Assembly (NCBI RefSeq): GCF_000010625.1
Contig: NC_010296.1
Coordinates: 2,970,001-3,002,000 of the forward strand
Length of the DNA: 32,000 nucleotides
Direction of reading: 5' to 3'
Origin: Microcystis aeruginosa NIES-843
Lineage (GTDB): Bacteria; Cyanobacteriota; Cyanobacteriia; Cyanobacteriales; Microcystaceae
A program made the translations under genes and the position numbers. This document shows positions 9,674 through 18,600 of this stretch, one piece after another (the stretch's first letter is position 1; the number at the start of each line of letters is the position of its first letter). The notes below the pieces were generated by a model. The model was not told the origin of the DNA. It made no database searches and saw only the letters and a program-made list of their open reading frames with translations.

Positions 9674-10576
9674 TTAAATTATGCCTTGGGAGCGCATTAA
9701 TTCTATCTCTTGTTGTAGTCCGGCTTCTAGAGTACGAGGAGTAAACCCTAAATCCCTTTTAGCTTCTTCGTGGGAATAAGCTTTGTCTTCTTGTAATCGC
9801 AAGATTTGTTCTCGTCGCACGGGGGATTTTTTACCTAATGTTTTTTCTAGTAGGGTAGCTGACCAGATGCCAAAGTTCAAGGGAAAGGACAGGGGACGCA
9901 CCGATTGGCCTAATAATTGTTCTATCAATAAAATTAACTGACGGAAGGAAACAATACTACCGCCGGAAAGATCGTAAGCACCTTTTATATCAGGACATTC
10001 CCAGACTTTTAACAACATCTGGGCAATGTCATCAGCGTGAACTGGTTGTAACAGGTTATCACCAGAGCCAAAAATGGGAAAGAATCCGTAGCGGTGACAG
10101 AATTTAATCAATTTGTGTAGGTTTTTATCCTTAGGAGTGCCATAAATCATTGTCGGTCTCAGCAGACAATAAGAAGCAGGATACTCTTGTAAATAATTTT
10201 CTGCTTGTTTATACTCGGCAGAATATTCATTATATTTTGAATATATTCCGGTAGTTCCAATAATAATTAATCGGGGAGTTTGTTGGAATTTTTTTAGACT
10301 ATTAAGTATAGTTGGTACTTGTCGAAGTTGGACGAGATGGATGATGGTTTCAAAACTATTTTTCCTAAAAATTCCTTCCCAGGTTTCTGAGATAGAGCTA
10401 TCGCCAAAATCGTAGGTTAAATTCAGTACTAGGCTATCTAACATACTGCGGTCGCTAGTGGGTCGAATTAAACAATGTATTTCTATTTCAGGCTTAGTAG
10501 ATGCCAAATGTTGCATGAAAAAACCACCAGGCAACCCCGTAGCACCTGTGATTAATATTTTATTCTCAATCATCAT
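9674..10576 (-). CDS. NAD-dependent epimerase/dehydratase family (extended SDR) protein
   Basis: The N-terminal 'KILITGATGLPGGF' is a Rossmann GxxGxxG motif. Its start overlaps the stop of the upstream glycosyltransferase by 11 bp. Confidence 0.75.
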   Translation of the reverse strand: MMIENKILITGATGLPGGFFMQHLASTKPEIEIHCLIRPTSDRSMLDSLVLNLTYDFGDSSISETWEGIFRKNSFETIIHLVQLRQVPTILNSLKKFQQTPRLIIIGTTGIYSKYNEYSAEYKQAENYLQEYPASYCLLRPTMIYGTPKDKNLHKLIKFCHRYGFFPIFGSGDNLLQPVHADDIAQMLLKVWECPDIKGAYDLSGGSIVSFRQLILLIEQLLGQSVRPLSFPLNFGIWSATLLEKTLGKKSPVRREQILRLQEDKAYSHEEAKRDLGFTPRTLEAGLQQEIELMRSQGII

Positions 10577-11687
10577 TTTTTCTCCTTTTTGCTAAAACTT
10601 GTTCATAAACCTGAAAGGTTTTTTCAAACATCTTCTCAAAAGTATATTCTGTTTCGTAGCGTTTGCGTCCTGCCGCTCCCATTTTAGCTCTGAATTGTTG
10701 ATCAAGAACTAATTGTAATAGTCTCTGGTGTAACGTGTTAACGTCTCCTCGCGCTACGGCGTATCCGGTTATTCCTTCCACAATTGCTTCCGACGCTCCA
10801 CCTACATCTGATACAATTACCGGTAATCCCGCTCTCATTGCTTCGATTGTAGTGCGAGGAAACCCTTCCCAATTAGATATTAAAGTAAATACTTGGGCTT
10901 GAGCTAAGACTTCAGCTACATTATTACGAAAACCTAAAAAGTTAACTCTGTCGATAATTTTTAGCTCCTTAGCTAAGGTTTTAATCTTTTCTAAATCCGG
11001 ACCGTCTCCGACTAAATCTAAATGGGCTTCGGGAATATTTTGAAAGGCTTTCAGTAAGGTTACATGGTCTTTTTGCTGATCAAATCTTGCCACCATAACA
11101 ATACGAACAGGGTTAGCATTACCAGGATTAGATCTCAATTCTGCGGGTAGATCTGGCATCCCATTATGAATGGTCAATAATCGCTGCGGTTGCATACCAG
11201 TTTTTATTCCAATTAATCGATCTTGTTCCGAAACACAGATAATTTTATTAGCTAAAGGTTCTGTGATTTTTTCTAACCACTGATAGATAGTGCGACTCGG
11301 CTCTGGTACACCTCCTGTAAAAGCCCAACCATGGGCGGTAAAAATGCAAGGAGTCTTACTTTTTTTGGCCGCTAATCGTCCTAAAATTCCCGCTTTACTA
11401 GAGTGAGTGCTGATAATATCTGGTTGGAATTCTACAATAATTTGTTTGATAAAATTCAAGGTTTGCCAGTCTTTAATTAAGTTAATTTTTTTACCAAAGT
11501 CTTGACAAGATACATTGGTTATGCGATGACTGATCAGATCGTCATTATAAATGCCTTTTATTCCAGTAACAACTAAGACCTGATGGTGAGAATCTTGCAA
11601 AAATCTCGCTAAATCTCGCACATGAACCTGTGCGCCTCCAACGGTATCTGCTCTAGTTATAATAAAAAGTATTTTCATTTCATGCAC
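10566..11687 (-). CDS. Glycosyltransferase family 4 (group 1)
   Basis: GT-B fold features: 'ILFIITRADTVGGAQVHV' at the N-terminus and the EX7E motif 'EGFPRTTIEAMRAGLPVIVSDVGG'. Confidence 0.85.
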   Translation of the reverse strand: MHEMKILFIITRADTVGGAQVHVRDLARFLQDSHHQVLVVTGIKGIYNDDLISHRITNVSCQDFGKKINLIKDWQTLNFIKQIIVEFQPDIISTHSSKAGILGRLAAKKSKTPCIFTAHGWAFTGGVPEPSRTIYQWLEKITEPLANKIICVSEQDRLIGIKTGMQPQRLLTIHNGMPDLPAELRSNPGNANPVRIVMVARFDQQKDHVTLLKAFQNIPEAHLDLVGDGPDLEKIKTLAKELKIIDRVNFLGFRNNVAEVLAQAQVFTLISNWEGFPRTTIEAMRAGLPVIVSDVGGASEAIVEGITGYAVARGDVNTLHQRLLQLVLDQQFRAKMGAAGRKRYETEYTFEKMFEKTFQVYEQVLAKRRKNDD

Positions 11688-11729
11688 AGTTTAGATTCTT
11701 GATTTATGGATAATTTTAGAAAAACAGTT

Positions 11730-12809
11730 TTAGGTTTTTAAGACTTGATTAGCTTTTTGCAATAGCTGCAACATTTTAGGGGCGGTTATTTGAATATTAT
11801 ACTTATCTTCGACAAGTTTTCTGCCAGCCCATCCCATGCTTTCTCTTAAATCTCGATCATGTTTCAGGTTTTGAAAAGCTTGCAGCCATTCAGCTTGACT
11901 ACTAGCTTGAAAGCCGTTGATACCCTCCTTAATAATCTCTGCGTTAACCCCCACTGGTGAACCAATAACTGGGCGAGTAGATGCCATATATTGGATTAGT
12001 TTAAATCCGCATTTTCCTCGCTCAAATGGTGTATCGGTAAGGGGCATAATCCCCACATCAAATTGTTGCATCTCTTTCACCTCGGTTGCCTCGGACCAGG
12101 GCTTAATTTCTAAAGGGATATCCTCTAGATTTATCTCTTTGGCACCGATAGCAACGACTTTGGCACAACCATCTCGACAAATTTCTTTTAAAACAGGATA
12201 AAGTTCTTGTATATAATCGACAAACTTCAATGGACTTCCTATCCAGCCGATGGTAAAGACTTCATTTTGAGGAGCTTTTGATAAGGGATAGCGATCAAGA
12301 TCGACGACGGTGGGTAATATTTCTACCCATTTAGCTCTTGCTTGTGTTGCTCTGTTAGCTAAGTAATCATTTCCCGCAATCACTAAGCGAGCATTCTGCA
12401 TTACTCGATCAATTTTCTGTCCCAATAGCCATCTAACTACAGAAGCAGAATGTTGATCGTAACGGTGGAATACTGCGTCATCATAGTCAACTACATAAGG
12501 CGTTCTTCCTCTGAGAAATAGTAATTCTAGCCAAGCTGGTAGCCAAGGTAATGCTTCCTTTTCCAACCAGATTAAATCGTATTTTTGAGATTTCAACAGC
12601 AGCGAAATTCTCTGTTGATAAGCAGATAATAATCTCGATAAAGGGTATTTTTTCCCTAAGTAGCGAGTTCTAAGATAATCATTATCTAATAAGGGAGCGG
12701 TCTCAAACTCTATTCCCTCTTTTTTCAAATAAGGCAAATATTGGTAAGTACGATAGCGGCTACTAGCACCTAAAGTATCATAGCGACTGAATAACAAAAT
12801 TTTCATCAC
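11730..12809 (-). CDS. Glycosyltransferase, group 1-like (GT-B)
   Basis: 359 aa. The C-terminal domain 'GKCGFKLIQYMASTRPVIGSPVGVNAEIIKEGINGF' resembles the GT1/GT4 nucleotide-sugar binding half. Confidence 0.7.
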   Translation of the reverse strand: MMKILLFSRYDTLGASSRYRTYQYLPYLKKEGIEFETAPLLDNDYLRTRYLGKKYPLSRLLSAYQQRISLLLKSQKYDLIWLEKEALPWLPAWLELLFLRGRTPYVVDYDDAVFHRYDQHSASVVRWLLGQKIDRVMQNARLVIAGNDYLANRATQARAKWVEILPTVVDLDRYPLSKAPQNEVFTIGWIGSPLKFVDYIQELYPVLKEICRDGCAKVVAIGAKEINLEDIPLEIKPWSEATEVKEMQQFDVGIMPLTDTPFERGKCGFKLIQYMASTRPVIGSPVGVNAEIIKEGINGFQASSQAEWLQAFQNLKHDRDLRESMGWAGRKLVEDKYNIQITAPKMLQLLQKANQVLKT

Positions 12810-12866
12810 TGTTGAGGATTTAATTAGATTATTTTCTTGTATAAACTGGAGAATTGAGGATATTCT

Positions 12867-13817
12867 CTAGGTATGGCGAAGATTATTAGCTCCTTTATAT
12901 CTCTCAATAATCATTTGATCAGAAACTACTTTCTCAGGAGATTTTTTTCCTAAGAAATATGTACAAGAAGCTCCATCGAGAGCCTGAGGATTATTTTTGA
13001 ATAGATAGTCAAAATATTTAAGCCAAGAAAACAATAATCTCACTATTGCTTTAGTTAATAATCTTGAGGTATTATTGCCAGCAAAACATAAAGCGAAATG
13101 TTCGATAGACCAGACTAAAACTGTTCCGGGTCCAGCAACTAAACCACTGGAAATTTCCGAAAAATAGTTAAACAAACGCCGATGACCAGAAAGGGTATAT
13201 CTGGTAAAATCATAGGCCCCTTCATGAACCTGCTGCATAAAGGGAATTTCTGAATAAATTACCCCGCCATCTTTGAGAACTCTGTGCATTTCACTAACGA
13301 CTTTTTCGGGGTAGAGAACGTGTTCTAAAACTGCTGTGGTAATAATACCATGAAAAACTTGGTCTTGAAAAGGAAGATCGTGAGCATCACAGAATAAATC
13401 GACATCTGCATTAACATCAACATCGGAATATATCAATTTGATATTGCTATATTCTGACATTAACCTATCCAAATCTCTTTTCTGATTTCCTCCACCCACA
13501 ACCAAAACATAGGCTAGGGTAAACTTTTCTAAAGTCTGAGCAAAATTTTGAATCCTCTCAATATAGATTAAGTTAATCGATGGACTAGGGACAATTTTTG
13601 AGAATATATTTTTTTCTTTTGGACTATGATTAGTCACCGTATTAGTATAAAAAGAGGGAGAAAAAATTTCATTATCTTCTCGAATGAATACTGGTTTATT
13701 ATTGACAATAGCAAATTCAGAATTACAGTTTTTGCAAATAATCTGATGATCATCAAAAATTAATTGACTACTTTGACACTTAGGGCATTGACTCAACGTC
13801 TGGATAAATTGTTGCAT
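12867..13817 (-). CDS. Class I SAM-dependent methyltransferase with N-terminal zinc-ribbon
   Basis: Cys pairs 'CPKCQS...CKNCNS' at the N-terminus. Methyltransf_11-like core ('VLVVGGGN', 'DAHDLPFQDQVFHGIITTAVLEHV', 'LKDGGVIY'). Confidence 0.7.
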   Translation of the reverse strand: MQQFIQTLSQCPKCQSSQLIFDDHQIICKNCNSEFAIVNNKPVFIREDNEIFSPSFYTNTVTNHSPKEKNIFSKIVPSPSINLIYIERIQNFAQTLEKFTLAYVLVVGGGNQKRDLDRLMSEYSNIKLIYSDVDVNADVDLFCDAHDLPFQDQVFHGIITTAVLEHVLYPEKVVSEMHRVLKDGGVIYSEIPFMQQVHEGAYDFTRYTLSGHRRLFNYFSEISSGLVAGPGTVLVWSIEHFALCFAGNNTSRLLTKAIVRLLFSWLKYFDYLFKNNPQALDGASCTYFLGKKSPEKVVSDQMIIERYKGANNLRHT

Positions 13818-13834
13818 TTTCTTACTCCGATCAA

Positions 13835-14716
13835 TTAACTGAAAGTCTGTTTTTTCTCAAGAAACAAAGTTACACTGGCAATATACTTAAGAAAAAATAT
13901 AGATAAAAACTCCAAGATAAATGAGCTATAATGGTTGGTATAGATTGATTTTGGTGTTCGTTTCATTTTCTTGTCTAGGTATAGTTGATAAAGTTCCCTC
14001 GTATATCTGAAAGATGTCCTTAAATTAGATATTTTGCCCATATTTAAAATCTCTTGGTAGCTAATATAGTTAGTAAAATAATGTAAATAATCCGTATGTT
14101 TTTCAGTCCAATCTTCCAAGGATATACCAGATTCTTTAGTCTGACGATGAAAAGTTCCTAAACCTAAAGTGCTTAAAAATTTAATGTTATCAAACAAAAA
14201 ATCAAAGTTTTTAACCTTATGGACTAAAGGTAAATGAATATGCCATTCCCAGAGAACGTTGGACAAGGGAAATAGATGTACAGAATATCCATTCATTGTT
14301 AATGTTCTAGATATCTCAAGAAAAAAAAGTAGATGATTCTTGACGTGTTCCACCACTTGGTTAGAAATAATTACATCAAAAAAATTATCTGGATATTGCC
14401 ACTTTTCATCATCATAAATTAAAGTTAGTCTTTCATGCCAATCTACCCCAGAAAAATTCTTTGATAGATTTTCAATTGTTTCATCCATAAACCCCTTTTT
14501 TTGAACACCATGATTAACCACGTCTAAACCATAGACTTTCCAATTAATATTTGGCTGTACACAGGGAAGATTTTTTGTCAAGTATGCAATCAATTGTCCG
14601 TTACCACACCCAACATCTAGAATTTTGACTTCTTGATCAGTTGAATGTCTGTAAGATTCAGTATTGATTATACTTAATAAATGTTGATAATTAGTAGGAT
14701 TTTCTACATTCTTCAT
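13835..14716 (-). CDS. Class I SAM-dependent methyltransferase
   Basis: Motif I 'ILDVGCGNGQLIAYL' and the post-motif 'FDVIISNQVVEHV'. Confidence 0.75.
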   Translation of the reverse strand: MKNVENPTNYQHLLSIINTESYRHSTDQEVKILDVGCGNGQLIAYLTKNLPCVQPNINWKVYGLDVVNHGVQKKGFMDETIENLSKNFSGVDWHERLTLIYDDEKWQYPDNFFDVIISNQVVEHVKNHLLFFLEISRTLTMNGYSVHLFPLSNVLWEWHIHLPLVHKVKNFDFLFDNIKFLSTLGLGTFHRQTKESGISLEDWTEKHTDYLHYFTNYISYQEILNMGKISNLRTSFRYTRELYQLYLDKKMKRTPKSIYTNHYSSFILEFLSIFFLKYIASVTLFLEKKQTFS

Positions 14717-14789
14717 AGACAGTTTCTAACCCGTTTGAATTGTTCATTTCTCAAATACGTTCATGCAAATATCGCTCGAATAAAAAGGA

Positions 14790-15800
14790 TTATTTGCAGT
14801 CTTTTAAAATTCTTTTCAAGGTTTTGTAATCCGTATGTAAATGGATATTGTTTTTAACAACCAAACCTCGTACAGCCCCCCAAATCCAAGATAAAATCAG
14901 CCCAGACAAACCAAAATTATCATAAATAACTCTAGCGTACTCCTGCTTACAATTCGCTAATTTTGAGTTATCTTGATAGGAACTGCTGGCACCACCAAGT
15001 CTAAAAAAAGCAATCGTAGATTTGTCTTTGATTGACGATGCACTCATCTTATAAATCTTTTGATTAAGATCGAAATCAGCATATACTTTATATTTGGTGT
15101 TGAACGGAAGTTGAGCAAGTAGCTTTTTCTTAATGAATAGTCCTTGCGGACATAAAGTATTTTTGAACACAATTAATGGATTATATCTACTAATCCGTAG
15201 CTGACCGTTATCCATAATTACATTGCCATGAATTATGTCCGTATTGTTTAAACTTGCTTTTTGAATAGATTGGCTAGGTATATTTAACAATATATCATCG
15301 CTCCCCAGGTAGTAAATGTAATCTCCTTGACTCAATTTCCAGCCTTTATTCATCGCATCATATATACCTTCGTCAGGTTCGCTCAACCAATAATCTATCT
15401 GATCATCATACTTACGAATAATATCAATTGTGCTGTCCCTAGAACCTCCGTCTATAATAATATACTCAACATTATTGTAAGACTGGCTAATGACACTCTG
15501 AATTGCTTGCTCTAAGTGCTTTTCTCCATTAAAAACTACCGTTATAATAGTAACCAGAGGAACTGCAAATTTTTCCGATAACTCACTTGTCTCTGGGTAG
15601 GAATGCTTGAAATATCCCTTTGTTCTTAATCCTCCTTCTCCCCTGCGTTCTGGATTTGGTGGCAAAAATAAATGAGATTGCACTTTTGCACAAGGATCGT
15701 TAATAATAGCAGGCCTCTCCATAGTTACTCGGCGAGTTGTAGAGAAGTTAGCATCTAGCTCGATAAATTTTTTCTCTTGTAATGGTGGCTTTATTGTCAT
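14790..15800 (-). CDS. Glycosyltransferase family 2
   Basis: 'VTIITVVFNGEKHLEQAIQSVISQSYNNVEYIIIDGGSRDST' and 'DEGIYDAMNKG' are typical GT2 (GT-A) signatures. The true start may be the internal Met at 15722. Confidence 0.85.
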   Translation of the reverse strand: MTIKPPLQEKKFIELDANFSTTRRVTMERPAIINDPCAKVQSHLFLPPNPERRGEGGLRTKGYFKHSYPETSELSEKFAVPLVTIITVVFNGEKHLEQAIQSVISQSYNNVEYIIIDGGSRDSTIDIIRKYDDQIDYWLSEPDEGIYDAMNKGWKLSQGDYIYYLGSDDILLNIPSQSIQKASLNNTDIIHGNVIMDNGQLRISRYNPLIVFKNTLCPQGLFIKKKLLAQLPFNTKYKVYADFDLNQKIYKMSASSIKDKSTIAFFRLGGASSSYQDNSKLANCKQEYARVIYDNFGLSGLILSWIWGAVRGLVVKNNIHLHTDYKTLKRILKDCK

Positions 15801-15868
15801 ATCTTATCTTGATATTGGTAAACTACAAGCGGTTTAATCGTAATTACAAACTAGCTCAGTTTGTAATT

Positions 15869-17552
15869 AGGGTTTGCTGAAAAAGTCATTGAAAAGTACA
15901 GGTCTCTTAATCAATGATTTCACTTAGCTACAAGCATAAGCTTTAGTTGTTGATTAATTTTTAAATTATAACTTATCCTAATCATTGACCGAGAAAAAGT
16001 GCTGTTTTTCCATTTCAGACATAAAAAAGCCCAAAAAACCTGCCTCAACAGGTTAGAAAGATTCATGACTAAAAAAGTAATAGCAATCGCTGAAAAGGAA
16101 GTATGAGGAAGTTTAGCCATCACTTTACCTAAGCTAAATCTTCTTTTCCCTTGTCCAAATTTGCCCTCTATACAATTCCGAATCCTCTCATCATCAGTAG
16201 CTTGTTTCTTTTGTTCTTTACTAACATTTTTGGCTGGTCTTCCTAATGGGGGACCACTGATTCTGATTCCCCTTTCTTTACACCAAGCTCGGTTTTCTCT
16301 GGTTCGATAAATTTTGTCCACATGAACTGATTCTGGATAGTATCCTGTATAGTCATAATAAGCTTCTATTTGTGCTTTTAAATCTCCCGATTCATTAAAG
16401 TTATCCCAACTAATCCGGTCTAAAAATATGTAACCATCTATACAGCTTGCTGAGAATTTGGCCCCAAATTCTACGGGTTTTCCAGCTTTTCCTCTGACTA
16501 TCGGACGGATGTGGGGTTGAGTTAAGCTGACAATTCTGTCTTCAATACTCTGTTTGTTATTTTGGTACATCCAGAGTTGTTGGCGATAAACTTCTGTGAC
16601 TACTAATAACAGTTTATAGTCTCTTTTTTTCAAGCTTTGTAGAGAGGCTCCTTCTGCTAAAAGTTGTTCAATATGGTCGAGATTTCTTTTCAGATATTGC
16701 AGTTGTCTTTTTAGAGCTTTTCGTCTTTGTTTGAAGGTAGGTTTTCTTTTTTTTGCTACTTCTAAATAACTTTTTCTGGCCAGGAGACGATAGGTTCTCG
16801 GTTTTTGAACAAGTTTTCCTTTTATAGTTTCATAGAGAATATCAATAATTTTTTCGGTTTGTTTTCTTCCTTGATTTAACAGGTTTAAATCCGTAGGATA
16901 ACTAATATCTGCGGGCGCACAACTGGCATCTAAAATTAATTTACCTCGATTTTCTGGTTGACTTTGGGTTTCGCTCTCTAACTTTTTTTCGGTGTTTTCT
17001 TCTTCTTTTATTTCTCTCGAATTTTTGACCATAAAGCGATTCACTTTATTAATTAGTTCCCGAGTGATTCTTTCTCGAAAGTGAACCAACATTGACGCTT
17101 CAAACTGGGGTTCATTGCTGTAGGCTGAAAACCCCAAGAAGTATTGTAAATAAGGATTTTCCTTGATTTGTTCTACCGTTTCTCTATCGCTTGTTCCTAA
17201 TTTTTCTTTAATAATTAATGCTCCTAGTGCTGTCCTAAATGTTTTGGCGGGTGCGCCCATTTCTTCTGAAAAAAGTGATGCGTATTCCGCTTCAAATTCT
17301 GACCAGGGAATGAGGTTGGCCATAATTACCCAACGATTATCTTGGGATAATTTCCCCTCAAAGGGCAGCTCGAAGTTTTCTGGTGGGGTTGAGGGTAACT
17401 CGCTTTTACGGTACATTAGCACTAATTAGAGAAGATGCAAGGGTGATGCAAGGGTTTTAAGAGATTCTAGCAGATTTAAGTGCATTTGGGAAGCTCTCAA
17501 TCAAGCTAAAAGCCCTTTCCTGTAAGGTTTTTAGATTTATTCAGCAAACCCT
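15869..17552 (-). mobile_element. IS element (IS5/IS1182 superfamily), 1684 bp
   Basis: Terminal inverted repeats AGGGTTTGCTGAA (15869-15881) and TTCAGCAAACCCT (17540-17552). Flanked by AATT on both sides (15865-68 and 17553-56). Contains one 500-aa transposase ORF. Confidence 0.8.
15920..17422 (-). CDS. Transposase, IS5/IS1182-like (DUF772-type N-terminus + DDE domain)
   Basis: 500 aa. The N-terminal 'FELPFEGKLSQDNRWVIMANLIPWSEFEAEYASLF' resembles the InsH/DUF772 transposase N-terminal domain. The C-terminal part 'VHVDKIYRTRENRAWCKERGIRISGPPLGRP' is typical of this transposase class. Confidence 0.85.
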   Translation of the reverse strand: MLMYRKSELPSTPPENFELPFEGKLSQDNRWVIMANLIPWSEFEAEYASLFSEEMGAPAKTFRTALGALIIKEKLGTSDRETVEQIKENPYLQYFLGFSAYSNEPQFEASMLVHFRERITRELINKVNRFMVKNSREIKEEENTEKKLESETQSQPENRGKLILDASCAPADISYPTDLNLLNQGRKQTEKIIDILYETIKGKLVQKPRTYRLLARKSYLEVAKKRKPTFKQRRKALKRQLQYLKRNLDHIEQLLAEGASLQSLKKRDYKLLLVVTEVYRQQLWMYQNNKQSIEDRIVSLTQPHIRPIVRGKAGKPVEFGAKFSASCIDGYIFLDRISWDNFNESGDLKAQIEAYYDYTGYYPESVHVDKIYRTRENRAWCKERGIRISGPPLGRPAKNVSKEQKKQATDDERIRNCIEGKFGQGKRRFSLGKVMAKLPHTSFSAIAITFLVMNLSNLLRQVFWAFLCLKWKNSTFSRSMIRISYNLKINQQLKLMLVAK

Positions 17553-17683
17553 AATTAGCCCTATGGAACTAGAAAGATTATTGCAGCTCTCTCATACTTG
17601 CCAAAATACTATTAAACTAGCCTGGGGGTTATATCAGCTAATATGATTAGCTAAAAAAATTAACTTTAAGACCTAGAGGAAGT

Positions 17684-17820
17684 AGACCTCTTGCAAAAGT
17701 CTTAAGTCGATCCTTGTACAGCAACATTTTTGAAGATTATCAACTACTAATAAATAATTAACTGAAAGTCCCTCCCATTATTGTTTCTATCGTTTGTTTT
17801 CGGATTTATGCAAGAAGTCT
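17684..17820. mobile_element. 137-bp MITE (family B), a derivative of the IS at 18601-19817
   Basis: Termini are AGACCTCTTGCA (17684-95) and TGCAAGAAGTCT (17809-20). They match the IS termini AGAACTCTTGCA / TGCAAGAGGTCT, and the shared subterminal TTATGCAAGA is also present. A 3-bp duplication AGT lies on both sides (17681-83 and 17821-23). No ORF. Confidence 0.7.
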
Positions 17821-17880
17821 AGTGTACCTGATCATGAACTTATTGTCAAGAAAATTTTTAACTAGCCGATAAGTAGTCGT

Positions 17881-18044
17881 GCAAAATTAATTTCCTAGTC
17901 GAGACAGGAGACTCCGAGACAGGAGACGGGGGACTCCGAGACAGCTATCAGGGATCAGATTTGAATTTTTAGTTCACTGTTTACTGGTCACAGCAAAAAG
18001 CTTTTGGCTGACGGGTGACGGCTTGGATGTGTAATTAATTTTGC
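17881..18044. repeat. 164-bp segment bounded by a 12-bp inverted repeat; possible further MITE
   Basis: GCAAAATTAATT (17881-92) and AATTAATTTTGC (18033-44). Internal short tandem motif GAGACAGGAGAC..CTCCGAGACAG. I found no convincing target duplication. Confidence 0.35.
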
Positions 18045-18050
18045 TTAGGT

Positions 18051-18265
18051 AGGGTTTGCTGAAAAAGCTTTTCCTGGGGGCAGGGTGTGGGGTGTGGGGT
18101 GTGGGGTGTGGGGTTTTACCGATTTTGAGGTAGTCAGTTGCCTAATTTTCAGGGAAAAAGTACCTGAATTTTGCCCCCGATCCCCGCAATGGCTGGCACT
18201 TTTTGAGGGAAAAAAAGTCTAAAAGTCTTATCCAACAAGGTTTTTAGATTTATTCAGCAAGCCCT
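18051..18265. mobile_element. 215-bp MITE (family A, copy 2)
   Basis: Termini are AGGGTTTGCTGAA (18051-63) and TTCAGCAAGCCCT (18253-65). Perfect 4-bp duplication AGGT (18047-50 and 18266-69). Same orientation and length as copy 1 at 6460-6674. Confidence 0.8.
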
Positions 18266-18600
18266 AGGTACTTACTAGAAAGCCAACGGCTCTCCCGATA
18301 TAATGGAGAAAAATGTTGGAATATCTTCCATTTAGCCTCCTGGACAGTCATTATAGACAATTACTCCAGCCCCGAATTAATTCAACGGGATGATTAGACC
18401 TCGACCTAATATTATCTCAAGACTAAAAGTTATTCTAGTCAGGGAACACACCCAAATAAAAATAATTTTAATTGCTTCATATTTTTTCAGTGAAATTGAA
18501 TTAGCGACGATAGATATACATTTCAGCTATCGAACTATTTAGTTAGTACATAAGCTAAAGGCAGGCTGTGATTGGGTTATAATTTTTGGAGATGTCTATT

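Noticed and set aside
15864-17557. Alternative IS boundary with 18-bp TIR TAATTAGGGTTTGCTGAA and no TSD
   Set aside because: AATT is palindromic, so this copy alone is ambiguous. The two MITE derivatives have non-palindromic flanks (AGGT/AGGT and GCCT/ACCT), which support a 13-bp TIR plus a 4-bp TSD.
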